Assembly: GCF_006345805.1 (NCBI RefSeq)
Contig: NC_043018.1
Coordinates: 27,590,001-27,654,000 of the forward strand
Source of the DNA: Octopus sinensis
Taxonomy: Eukaryota
Reading direction: 5' to 3'
DNA: 64,000 bases
How positions within the stretch are numbered: the first letter of the stretch is position 1; each line of letters starts with the position of its first letter. Under the pieces are notes generated by a model that was not told the origin of the DNA, searched no databases, and was given only the letters and a program-made list of their open reading frames with translations. Shown piece by piece: positions 24,260 through 37,400 of the stretch. The position numbers and the translations under genes were made by a program.

Positions 24260-25228
24260 AAAATTACGAAAGGTTGCTTTTGCATCTTCTTCAGATTTGA
24301 AGTGTTTTCCTTGCAAAAAGTTGTCTAATGCCTGGAAAACTTGAGTCAGTTGGTGTAAGGCCTGGTGAATATGGTGGATGACAGAGCAGTTCCAAGTTCA
24401 GTTCCTGTAACCTGAGTAGCGTTATTTGTGCAACATATCGTCGAGCATTGTCTTGCATGAGAATTGGCCTGTCTCTATTGATCAATCTCGGTTGTTTAAT
24501 TGCAAGTTCACTCATCATTTCATCCAATTGGTTGATGTATACATCTGCTGTAATTGACTTACCAGGTCTCATGAAGCTGTAGTAGATGACACCAGTGCTG
24601 TACCACGAAACAGACACCTTTAGCTTTTTTTGGTGAATATTCTTTTTGGATTATGTTTTGGAATTTGGTCTCTAGACAACCACTGTGCAGAACACTTGCT
24701 AGTATTCGAAAGAATCCACTTTTCATCATACGTAATAATTCGATGCAAAAGTGGTTCACTTTTATGCCGTGACAGCAAAGAACAGCAAATTTCAAGACGA
24801 CGTGTCATTTGATGCTTGTTTAGTTCGTGTGGTGACCACTTGTTCGGCTTCTTTACCTTGCCGATATGTTTCAGATGGTCCAATGCAGTTGGAATCGAAA
24901 CATCAAACCTTACTGCTAACTCACGCGTAGTTTGAGATGTATCCGCTTCCACTACAGTTTCTAGCTCATTATCCATGTTGGCCTCAAGTCTACCACGGGG
25001 CTGATTTTCAAGAGTAAAGTCACCAGACCGGAACTTCCATCGACGTACAGTACTCTCATTCGCCACATCTTTGAACACCTCATTGATGTTTCGAGCTGTC
25101 TGGGATGCATTGGTTCCACGACGGGAACTCATATTCATAAACAAAACGAATTTTTTACGAATTTGGGTTAACAAAAATTGATTTTCAAGAGAAAACTCAC
25201 AATTATAATAAGACACCATGAATTGCAT
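24260..25228 (-). pseudogene. Mariner (DD34D) transposase, frameshifted
   Basis: TVRRWKFRSGDFTLENQPRGR, KWSPHEL (WVPHEL), RIITYDEKW, ILMQDNARRY, HPPYSPGLTPTD (YSPDLAPSD). Frameshift near 24620. Confidence 0.92.
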
Positions 25229-25300
25229 TTCGAAAAGAGATGATGTAAGTCTTCAATGTTGTAAAACAAAGAATTGTCAGGATAAAACATTAGAGTTAAC

Positions 25301-25817
25301 TAATGTAGACCTCATATGGTCTGACCACTAAGAAAAGATTATTCTCAAGAAAATTCAGCAAACGCCAAAACATAAGCGAACAAGACAAATGAAAAGATAC
25401 AAAATATATTGATTAGTCACATAATTAATATTCAATGTTTTACCCTTATTATTTAAATTTAAGTAACCATGTTCTCTAACCAGTAGAATTCCCTGCAGAA
25501 AATTATTTACTGCAGAATTATTTCAGGTATTTGGCGCGCCAAAACGAAGACATTTGAAATATACCCCCAAATATAATTGCTAGAACTATATTCACGTCCA
25601 GTCTCATGCGGTTATCTCGTGCATAGTTCTGCAAATCATATTTTGCTATGACGGTCACACTGATGAATTGCGGTCATTTACGTACGTACTATGTATTTGA
25701 CTAACCATTATATTTTGTAACTTTTCATTTATCTTGCTCGCCTACGTTCAGGCGTTTACTTAATTTTCATGAGAACAATCTTTTCTTAGTGGTCAGACCA
25801 TATGGGGTCTACATCTA
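25301..25817. mobile_element. MITE with ~66-bp imperfect TIRs, TA-flanked
   Basis: 25301-25366 (TAATGTAGACCTCATATGGTCTGACCACTAAGAAAAGATT...) is the reverse complement of 25751-25817. Confidence 0.75.
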
Positions 25818-25861
25818 GCGTACTGGATGTCCACTTAGTGGCCATTTCTCTTATATGTATG

Positions 25862-25929
<68 letters not shown>

Positions 25930-26417
25930 TGTATGTATTTATTGAATGCAAATATGTGTATTCAATATTTAGATATATCACCACCACACCAACACCTCAC
26001 CAAATGTCTTTCCTGAGACAGATGGTCATAAAAGGTGTGCTTTCCCGCATTCCGTAGCATACATAATTCCCTGTCAACGGGACTCATTTTTCGAAGTGTT
26101 GACTGGAGTGGAGCAACATGAAATAAAGTGTTTAGCTCAAGAATACAATACACCGCCTGATATATATATATATAATTATGATTATTATTATTGAGTGAGA
26201 GAGCAGTTCATGCCATCAAAGTGGCACTGAGGTAAAATAAATAAACGAATCCCAGTATACCCATCATGACTACCCGTCTGATAACGGTACACCAGACAAA
26301 TGCATCATAACCATATGTGCACGACATAGTGATCTCATATCAAGATAAACACCACATGACCTTGCAGGTGGGGCCCAGTTAGAATTTTCTTCTTGTCGAG
26401 TAACCCATCCCGCTCAA

Positions 26418-26631
26418 AAGGTCTCTGAATAAGGGTTGTTTAAGGATGGTAAGTTTCTACTTTAAGGATGTTAAGTTTCTAATTTAAAACATTACAATCT
26501 CAAAATCTCAGATGCCTTAAAAATAAACCTTGAACATCTGAGATTTTGAGATTGTAATGTTTTAAATTAGAAACTTAACATCCTTAAAGTAGAAACTTAC
26601 CATCCTTAAACAACCCTTATTCAGAGACCTT
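26418..26631. repeat. Perfect 97-bp inverted repeat with 20-nt spacer
   Basis: 26418-26514 is the exact reverse complement of 26535-26631. Confidence 0.92.
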
Positions 26632-27613
26632 CTTTCCAACATTCTTTTCTCTATTTTTCTACATATTGATTTTAAATTCTAGCATTAGGCCAGTAGTTTC
26701 GAGAAGGGATCTGATCGATTAAATCGAACCAGTGTTCAACCGAAGCAGAGGTTATCGATTCCGAAAGTATGAAAAGCAATGTTCAGCCTGGTAGCATTTG
26801 AACTCGCATCGCAAATAGGGAGGAAATACCTATTTCTTTACTACCCACAAGGGGCTAAACGCAGAGAGGACAAACAAGGACAGACGGACGGATTAAGTCA
26901 AAGATATCGACCCCAGTACGCAACTGGTACTTAATTTATCGACCTCGAAAGGATTAAAGGCAAATTCGACCTCGGCGGAATTTGAACTCAGAACATGAAG
27001 ACTTACGAAATACTGCTAAGCATTTAGCCCGGTGTGCTAACGTTTCTGCTAGGAGTTCAAAATTAAACACGGACAACAAGTTGTGATGGTCTGAATTGAT
27101 TATTTTATCGAAACGAAAGAGGATGGAGATAAGCGGAATAATACAGGGGTAATTTGAAATCGTGTGCAGGCTACACTGGAGGTTGTCTGAAATTGATTTC
27201 AGATTCCTAGGGGGGAAAGGGGTAACTTGAAATGGGGATGAGGTGGAAGTAAACTGAGATATTTACATCTGGTTCTAAACAAGGGATAAATAACCGGTGG
27301 CTAGTAGATTGACAAGTTTTATGGTAACGAGCACCGAGAATTCGCTATATAGCGGACGAACAAAGAATGGGTAGGCGGAAACATCCGTAGCTCCCCTCTA
27401 CTTCTAATTTCCTCCACCAGCCATCATACCGTGCACAGGAATCGACGCTCCGTAAACTGTCCCCCAATCACAATTTTTCACTTAAACACACACACATACA
27501 TATTACGTATATTTATATACACATGTGTGTATCTACATATGTGTGTATATACATGTGTGTGTATACATTGATATATATATAATATATATAATACATAAAT
27601 ATATGTTATATAT

Positions 27614-27646
<33 letters not shown>

Positions 27647-27686
27647 TATACATTGATATATATATATATACATTGATTTATATATC

Positions 27687-27737
<51 letters not shown>

Positions 27738-27799
27738 TATATATATACATATATATATATTATTATATATATTTATAATATATATTTATATATATATAT

Positions 27800-28435
27800 A
27801 CTTTGATAGGTTTCGGCCATTATTGGCCCAGGCCACGTCTAACTTAATAGCACCACCTGGTGAAGTCTTTCAAGTCAGAATTTGGGCACTATGGCCCACT
27901 CAAGTAGAGAGTTATTGTTTACAGAGACATATCCGGGTGTAGGGGTTTATCCGGATTTCTTGAAGGAATCTGTCCAAAGACTTCTTGAACCCTATAGGGT
28001 CAGTTTCTGTTTTCATGTGTTTCGGTGTAATGTTAAAGAGAGCGGGGCCAATTGAGGTGAAATAATTGTGCCGTATTGTTGTTATGAGATGAGAGTGCGA
28101 TTTTTGTTTTGGGCGGATGGCACGGGGCCCAAGCCTTGGATGTACCTTAAAGGTGATGCCAACATCATTTGGGCAATGCTGATGGAATATTTTCCACACC
28201 ATGCAGATGATGTAGCGCTCACGACGACGTTGGAGAGAATAAAGTTTTAGCTTTTCTAGTCGACCCCAATAGTCGAGGCCTGTCATGCCATCTATCTTTT
28301 TTGTGATTGCCCTTTGAGGTGCTTCAACTTTTATGATACTTTGTATTGTGTGGGGAGACCACAGTGGACAACAGTATTCAAGGTGGGGTCGGGTAAAAGT
28401 GGAGAAGAGAAGGATAATGGTGTGGATATCTCATA
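27800..28435 (-). mobile_element. CR1/L2-like LINE 3' fragment (RT C-terminus)
   Basis: [16 protein letters not shown]...KVEAPQRAITKKIDGMTGLDYWGRLEKLKLYSLQRRRERY...FKKSLDRFL. Confidence 0.9.
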
Positions 28436-28468
28436 TTTATATATATATATATATATATATCTATAAAT

Positions 28469-28548
<80 letters not shown>

Positions 28549-28550
28549 TG

Positions 28551-28614
<64 letters not shown>

Positions 28615-28798
28615 ATAATATATATCTATATTATATTATATATATATATATATTATATATATTTATATTATATATATATTATATATATATATATTATATA
28701 TATATATTTCTATATATATTTCTCTATATATATATATATATAATTATATATATTTTTCTTAATATATATCTATATATATATATATATATATATAATAT

Positions 28799-28843
<45 letters not shown>

Positions 28844-28878
28844 TATATATATATATATCTATATATATAATATATATA

Positions 28879-28920
<42 letters not shown>

Positions 28921-28962
28921 ATATATATATATATATATCAATATTATATATCATATATATAT

Positions 28963-29010
<48 letters not shown>
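28436..29010. repeat. Long degenerate (TA)n tract
   Basis: Direct inspection. Confidence 0.95.
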
Positions 29011-29012
<2 letters not shown>

Positions 29013-29159
29013 GTATGTATGTATAAAACTCTACATGTTATATATCACAATGCTATTTATTACGTGATTTAAATATAAACAAAGGATTGAAAAATGATAA
29101 ACTAACCTCAGGCTGAATCGAACTCACAAATCGAATCTTACATGGCTCCTTGTATATAG

Positions 29160-29515
29160 GCGTACACCTCGCAGTGTGATAAGAGGCTTGCTTCCCAACG
29201 ACGTGGTTCCGGGTTCGCCTCGCTGCTTGGCACCTTGGACAAGTGTCCCACCGAAGCGTTGTGGGTGAATTTGGGAGACGGAAACCGAAAGAATCCCGTT
29301 ATGTATATATATATATATATATATGTGTATATATATTAGTGTCTGTGTTTGTCCCCACCCAATCGCTTGACAACCGATGTTGGTGCATTTAGGTTCCCAT
29401 AACTTAGTGGCTCGGCAGAAGAGACCGATAGAATAAGCACCAGGGGTCAATTTCTTCGACTTAAAGGCGGTTCTTCAACATGGAGACAGTCACATGACTC
29501 AAACAAGTAAAAGAA
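29160..29515 (+). mobile_element. SINE family A, diverged
   Basis: Homology to other copies. Confidence 0.7.
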
Positions 29516-30754
29516 CATACAAGCACATACAAATGCACACACAGAAATATATGGATGTATGTATATATACATATATACATACACATACTTATACACATAC
29601 ATATACACTAAAATACAGACGTATACTCACACATCTCCCCACACAACCAACTGCATACATGCACACACACACACTACAGAGATACACACTCGAAGGCTCA
29701 CACATCGATAGATTATCCAAACATGCAACGCATATTACGTAGCTCTGCAACGCATATCATGTAAATCTGTCGAATCTTATAACTCAATGGACGAGTTCAA
29801 TTGGCAGTTGTAGGGGTTGCATGGAGCATCTGTCGAGATAGCCACACCCAAATGCAATCATAGAAAAAGAATTAAATGAAGGCGTCCAGTTTAATATTTT
29901 GTGTATTCGGATCACAATTTCCAAAAGTTCGGTTCCCCGCGCCGCGTTTTGTCTTTGAGCAAGGCTTTTTATTTCTCGTTGCTCCGGTCCACTCAGCCGG
30001 TAGAAATGAGTGGTATCTGTAATTGAAAGGATCAGGCTTGTCTTATTCTTAGTCACGCTGAGTTTCGTCCAGAACTACGGCAAGGGTACGACTATATGTC
30101 ACGTGCTCAGCCTCTTGCGCCTTATTCCTACAAACATGCTGTTCGATTGATCTTATTAACTGTAGCGCTCGTCAGCGTAACCGACAGACTTCCGGGCCCT
30201 GTGAATCGTTCCAGATGTTGTGCATACACAATCAGTTGTTAAGGCCGGTGGAAGAATCCTGTAATCCAGACACGTATACCTCCATTTGGTACTCCATGAA
30301 GATGTACTTGGTCCTGTACCGCTGTAGTCTGGTATTCCAAGAGATGGATATCAACACAAGCATAGTATATTGTGTCAGTGACGAAGTTCTTGATAATTTG
30401 CATAACGGGAATACATATTGAGCATTGAGCATCAGTCATTGTATTTATTACTGAACACTGAAAAGCTGCATAAAGATGGTATAATGTTTTAAGAGCAAAT
30501 ATGCAATCCTGACGTTGGTTTACAAAAACGGGTGTATGTTTCATAAAGGGTTGAATACAAACATTTTTTCTTTTTTTCTTGTGTATTTTATTAATAGTAT
30601 AACATGGTTCGTATGCTGCAACATAGTCTGTCCTGCGGTTTGATGACCTGCATCGTACCGCACTGGCTGTAGGAGTAGAATTTGAGAACCTCTTCTAAGC
30701 CCGAACTTTGGTTATGTGTCATGCGTCACAGTACTTGAAATCTTCCCTGATGTG

Positions 30755-30794
<40 letters not shown>

Positions 30795-31749
30795 TGTGTG
30801 TGCGTGCGTAAATACATACACACACAGTTACATATAGGGTGCCACTCAAAAATATATACACAACTTGGATATGCTTATAAAGTTATAAAGTCGGTGTTTT
30901 CTGAAGCTAATATATTCTAAAGACAGAATCGATTCTTTTTTTTTTCTTGACGCCTGTTTTCAAATTGGTGACCGTCCTGGTCCAGACACTACTGATAACT
31001 GAAATCAATGGACTCGCAAACATCAAGAAACATTTCGCTCTGTATTTGTGCGCATTCTCATTCATTGGCTGCTGCCCTCAATTAGTCGACCGTTGTCACT
31101 TTTGTACCGCAAACTCTACCTTTTAAGTTTCCCCTTAAAAGAAAGTCTTGTGGTGTGATGTTCAGTGACACGGAGTGTATTCAACTGAATCGCTTCGTGC
31201 AATCCGCCTGTTTTGATTAAACTTCACGGTAGGCCCTTACGTTACTTTAGTAATGTACATCTTCCCCATCTTGATGGAAATAAAGCTCATCAGATACAAA
31301 GTACTTCTGAATGCTTGGCATGGCAGATTGTCGTAGCAAGTTCAAGCAAAAGGAGATCAATCACATTAGCGTTAATGAAAATGGTTCAATTAATCCTGCT
31401 CGTGAAATTAACGTGCAAGTGGCTGAGCACTCCACAGACAATCGTACCCTTAACGTAGTTGTCAGGGAGATTCAGCGTGACCACCGACCTGTTCAAGGCT
31501 TGTCCATTCAACTACAGGGTCAACTCATTTTTGCCAGATGAGTGGAATGGAGAAACGTGAAATAAAGTGCGTTGCTTAAGGTCACAACGCGTCGCCGGGA
31601 ATCGAACTCGTGACATTAAGATCATGAGCCGAATACCCTAAACACTGAGTTATGGGCCTTCAGTTGTAGTCATCGTTTCCTCTTAAATAATCCTTCCTGC
31701 TACAGGCACATGGCATTAAATATTTGTGCAGGGGTCTGGCTGGTTACAA

Positions 31750-32215
31750 CGACACAGTGCTACAAATAATCTTTGTCGGAAAGTGTGCCTTTTCTACACA
31801 TCTTCCCAACTACTACTCCCAAAACTCCACTCTTCGTTCCAGATCATTCTTATTAGGAATAGGGACTATTCTTGGAATGAAATTTTTCCGAGAAAAATGT
31901 GATGCACTTTTGATATTCCTGTCTCCTGTCTCCCTTGCTGCACAGATTTTCTTCAGTTCTGGCAATAAGTTTCCAGTACTCGATCTAGCTTTTAGGGTTT
32001 CAGTGATCTTCCAGAAAAACTGTTGCGGACATTCCGAACGGTTTCAACTGCTTCAGAATGAATTCTGATGGTAAGTCTTATCGGTGGGTCTCTTTGAAAC
32101 TCCTTCCTAAATTGTCTTTGCACTTCGAAAAGATTTCAAAAGCAGTAGAACTTTCGGACACATTTCCTTTGTTCAAAGGTTAGTGTTTATTGTTCCTGGC
32201 GGGTTATATATAAAA
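31750..32215 (-). mobile_element. 5' fragment of a Tc1/mariner-like transposase (N-terminal HTH)
   Basis: Minus strand reads FEVQRQFRKEFQRDPPIRLTIRIHSEAVETVRNVRNSFSGR. Confidence 0.55.
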
Positions 32216-32260
32216 TGAAATGAAAACTAAATGTAATTTATCTACGGTTAAAGAATGTAT

Positions 32261-32291
<31 letters not shown>

Positions 32292-32323
32292 TTTGGGACA
32301 GCCTATGCACACACATACACACA

Positions 32324-32357
<34 letters not shown>

Positions 32358-33540
32358 TGCATTCAGCATGTATGTATGTGTGCGCGTGTAAGAATGTATA
32401 CACACACAAACATGCAGCGACATACACTGAAAAAATGATTTGTTCGCATTCATACATACTCATTTAACTCACACTATATAGATTCACATGTTCGTACATG
32501 TGCATGAAAAATGCCCAGAGATTCATGCCTCCATGTTATGTGACAGCGACGCCACTCGACGGTGATGGTGGGGAATGATTATTACAGGGGACAGGAGCGG
32601 CGGCGGCGGTGGTGGTGGTGGTAATGTTGGTGAAGACGTTACTGACGTTGGCTGCTCTGACTCATAATCACCATCATAGCATCGGTGACAAACATTCGAA
32701 AATGTACCCGTTTCATACCCGTTTTCTAAAGGTCAACTTTCAATTTTCTATATCTGCAAATGCGATCTTTGATTCAAAAGTCCAACCGAAGAACATTAAC
32801 CCTTTCCAAATAATATAACCAAGTGTTGCTTCCTTATTCGCCGGTCACCAAATATCTAAATTATATCCGGGGTGGGAAATAATTTCTTTTTTTGTTTTGT
32901 TTTATTATTCTTATTTTTTGTTTTATTTATATTACTTTGTTATTTTGTGTGTATGTGTGTAAGTGTGTAGATTTTATCAGCAGAAAGGTCATCTTCCTAA
33001 ATATTGTTGTGACCTCACACACATTCACACCATCGTTTATATACACACACACACGCATAGAATCGTGCACTCGCACACACACGCACACGCACACACAAAC
33101 ACACACAAGCACACACATGCATACATACAACATACACGCATACGTACACAGGACACTCATACACTATAGAAACATGAACACACACACAAGCACACATGCA
33201 TAAAAACGCATAAACATGCACACACACAGACACACACGCACAGAACAGACACATACACGCACACACACACACACACACACACATAAACATATACATGCAA
33301 TCACACCCACGCATAGGCACTAAAACCAGCGTGGGAAGGACGAAGTATATATGATTTCTTAGAAGCACATGTAGGTTAGGATACGAACCTATTTACATCC
33401 GGATCTTACAAACATCTAACGGTGAATCTCAGTTCGTTTAGCCATTATTAAAGAAATAACAGCTAAACCTTCCACAAATCACGGCCTGCTTAAAAAGAAA
33501 ATAAAAGCAATAGGAAAGACATAATCATGAGTTTAGAAAC

Positions 33541-33963
33541 AGATGTGGCTATGTGGGAAGAAGCTTGCATCCCAACCACACGGTTCCGGGTTCAGTTCCA
33601 TTGTGGGGCACCGTGAACAAGTGTCTTCCACTATAGCCTCGGGCCGACCAAATCCTTGTGGGTGGATTTGGTAGACGGAAACTGAAACAAGCCCATCGTA
33701 TATATACACTTATATAATTTAATTATTTATTTATGTCTGTGTGTTTTATGTCTGTGTTTGCCCCACCCCCACCCACAACATCGCTTGACAACCGATGTTG
33801 GTGCGTTTATGTACCCGAAACTTAGCGGTTCGGCAAAAGAGACTGATAGAATAAGTACTAAGCTTACAAAGAATAAGTCCTGGGTCGATTTTTTCGACTA
33901 AAGCCGGTGTTCCAGCATGGCCGCAGTCAAATGTCTGAAACGTGTTAAAAGAGTAAAAGAATA
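33541..33963 (+). mobile_element. SINE family A
   Basis: Homology to other copies. Confidence 0.8.
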
Positions 33964-34377
33964 AACTGGATGGTCACTACTGGAACTTTTTTGATCGTAA
34001 GTCTTTGATAGCAACACATACGTAAGCACATACAAAATACATTCATACGTTCATACATACAGACAGACACACACATACACCCACACACAGATCATGTGTG
34101 TATGTGTGAGTGAATATGGTAAGCAGAAGCTGTGTGGACTGCAGCCATGCCAAGCGCCACTTTGAGGTTTTCAGTCGAATAAATCGCGCACAGGACTTGT
34201 TCTATAGGTTGCTTTTGCTGATATGCTTCGTTACGGTGACGTAAGCAAACCAACATCGGAAATCAAGAGGTGGTGGGTGGAAACCATATTCAAAAACACA
34301 CACAGAAATACATGCATACATACTTGTATACATACGTGTATATATTAATATATACATGCATATATATATAATACAAC

Positions 34378-34414
<37 letters not shown>

Positions 34415-34470
34415 GCATATATATACATATATATATATATATATTATATATATATATATATATAATAATA

Positions 34471-37400
34471 ATAAGGGTGAGAGAATTAGATACTAATTTA
34501 TAGCATATCTATTCAACACCAAGTGGCCCAGTGCTCCGAGAACCTGGATTATTATAATATTTTGTAATATATTATAATATTTTATACAAAAAAAATAAGA
34601 GAGTGGTCACTATATGGCTCACTCTAGCACTAGTTAATCCAAAAGGTTTCAACCACAAAAATATATGTTTCCCATGAAAGTCAGTACGATTGTTAGCTCA
34701 CACGAACAGGGCAAATAAAAAATAACAAAAATACAGATTATTTTGGGACAATTGTTTCGCTATTAATGAATAAATGTAATTTTACTTACAAAAAAAATCC
34801 ACTTGTAGCTCCTCAGCCAAAACTATCTGGATGAAATCCATTCAATCACACGCCAGATTTTACCATAACGATAAATACACGTGTGGTTCAATTGATTACC
34901 TCCGACGTTATAATTCAAATGCCCCTACTAACAGCGCGCCAAACTTTCACGGAGACAAATACACATTTAGAATAAATGTAGCATAATTATATTAATTATA
35001 AGGGTGAGAGAATTAGATACTAATTTAATAGCATATCTATTCAACACCAAGTGGCCCAGTGCTCCGAGAAACCTGGATTATTATAATATTTTATACAAAA
35101 ATAAATATAAGAGAGTGGTCACTATATGGCTCACTCTAGCACTAGTTAATCCAAAAGGTTTCAACCACAAAAATATATGTTTCCCATGAAAGTCAGTACG
35201 ATTGTTAGCTCACACGAACAGGGCAAATAAAAAATACAAAAATACAGATTATTTTGGGACAATTGTTTCGCTATTAATGAATAAATGTAATTTTACTTAC
35301 AAAAAAATCCACTTGTAGCTCCTCAGCCAAAACTATCTGGATGAAATCCATTCAATCACACGCCAGATTTTACCATAACGATAAATACACGTGTGGTTCA
35401 ATTGATTACATCCGACGTTATAATTCAAATGCCCCTACTAACAGCGCGCCAAACTTTCACGGAGACAAATACCACATTTAGAAATAAATGTAGCATAATT
35501 ATAATTAATTAATAAGGGTGAGAGAATTAGATACTAATTTAATAGCATATCTATTCAACACCAAGTGGCCCAGTGCTCCGAGAAACCTGGATTATTATAA
35601 TATTTTATACAAAAATAAATATAAGAGAGTGGTCACTATATGGCTCACTCTAGCACTAGTTAATCCAAAAGGTTTCAACCACAAAAATATATGTTTCCCA
35701 TGAAAGTCAGTACGATTGTTAGCTCACACGAACAGGGCAAATCAAAAATAACAAAAATACAGATTATTTTGGGACAATTGTTTCGCTATTAATGAATTAA
35801 ATGTAATTTTACTTACAAAAAAAATCCACTTGTAGCTCCTCAGCCAAAACTATCTGGATGAAATCCATTCAATCACACGCCAGATTTTACCATAACGATA
35901 AATACACGGTGTGTTCAATTGATTACATCCGACGTTATAATTCAAATGCCCCTACTAACAGCGCGCCAAACTTTCACGGAGACAAATACCACTTTAGAAA
36001 TAAATGTAGCATAATTATTAATTTTAATAAGGGTGAGAGAATTAGATACTAATTTAATAGCATATCTATTCAACACAAGTGGCCCAGTGCTCCGAGAAAC
36101 CTGGATTATTTATATTTTATACAAAAATAATACGAGAGTGGTCACTATATGGCTCACTCTAGCACTAGTTAATCCAAAAGGTTTCAACCACAAAATATAT
36201 GTTTCCCATGAAAGTCAGTACGATTGTTAGCTCACACGAACAGGGCAAATCAAAAATAACAAAAATACAGATTATTTTGGGACAATTGTTTCGCTATTAA
36301 TGAATTAAATGTAATTTTACTTACAAAAAAATCCACTTGTAGCTCCTCAGCCAAAACTATCTGGATGAAATCCCTTCAATCACACGCCAGATTTTACCAT
36401 AACGATAATACACGTGTGGTTCAATTGATTACATCCGACGTTATAATTCAAATGCCCCTACTAACAGCGCGCCAAACTTTCACGGAGACAATACCACATT
36501 TAGAAATAAATGTAGCATAATTATAATTAATTAATAAGGGTGAGAGAATTAGATACTAATTTAATAGCATATCTATTCAACACCAAGTGGCCCAGTGCTC
36601 CGAGAAACCTGGATTATTATAATATTTTATACAAAAATAAATATAAGAGAGTGGTCACTATATGGCTCACTCTAGCACTAGTTAATCCAAAAGGTTTAAC
36701 CACAAAAAAATGATGTTCCCATGAAAGTCAGTACGATTGTTAGCTCACACGAACAGGGCAAATAAAAAATAACAAAAATACAGATTATTTTGGGACAATT
36801 GTTTCGCTATTAATGAATTAATGTAATTTTACTTACAAAAAAATCCACTTGTAGCTCCTCAGCCAAAACTATCTGGATGAAATCCATTCAATCACACGCC
36901 AGATTTTACCATAACGATAAATACACGTGTGTTCAATTGATTACATCCGACGTTAATAATTCAAATGCCTACTAACAGCGCGCCAAACTTTCACGGAGAC
37001 CAAACCACATTTAGAAATAAATGTAGCATAATTATAATTAATTAATAGGGTGAGAGAATTAGATACTAATTTAATAGCATATCTATTCAACACCAAGTGG
37101 CCCAGTGCTCCGAGACCTGGATTATTATAATATTTTATACAAAATAAATATAAGAGAGTGGTCACTATATGGCTCACTCTAGCACTAGTTAATCCAAAAG
37201 GTTTCAACCACAAAATAATGTTTCCCATGAAAGTCAGTACGATTGTTAGCTCACACGAACAGGGCAAATCAAAAATAACAAAAATACAGATTATTTTGGG
37301 ACAATTGTTTCGCTATTAATGAATTAAATGTATTTACTTACAAAAAAAATCCACTTGTAGCTCCTCAGCCAAAACTATCTGGATGAAATCCATTCAATCA

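Larger units (their letters stand above)
24084..25845 (-). mobile_element. Mariner element (decayed) with a nested MITE in its 5' region
   Basis: Transposase remnant inside. Putative diverged termini TTAGGCCATTACGAATGAAACGTCC (24084) and GGATGTCCACTTAGTGGCC (~25826-25845). Ends are less certain than the transposase. Confidence 0.7.

Noticed and set aside
30200-30545. ORFs of 66-101 aa in unique-looking sequence
   Set aside because: No recognisable motif or convincing splice pair. It abuts a decayed SINE.
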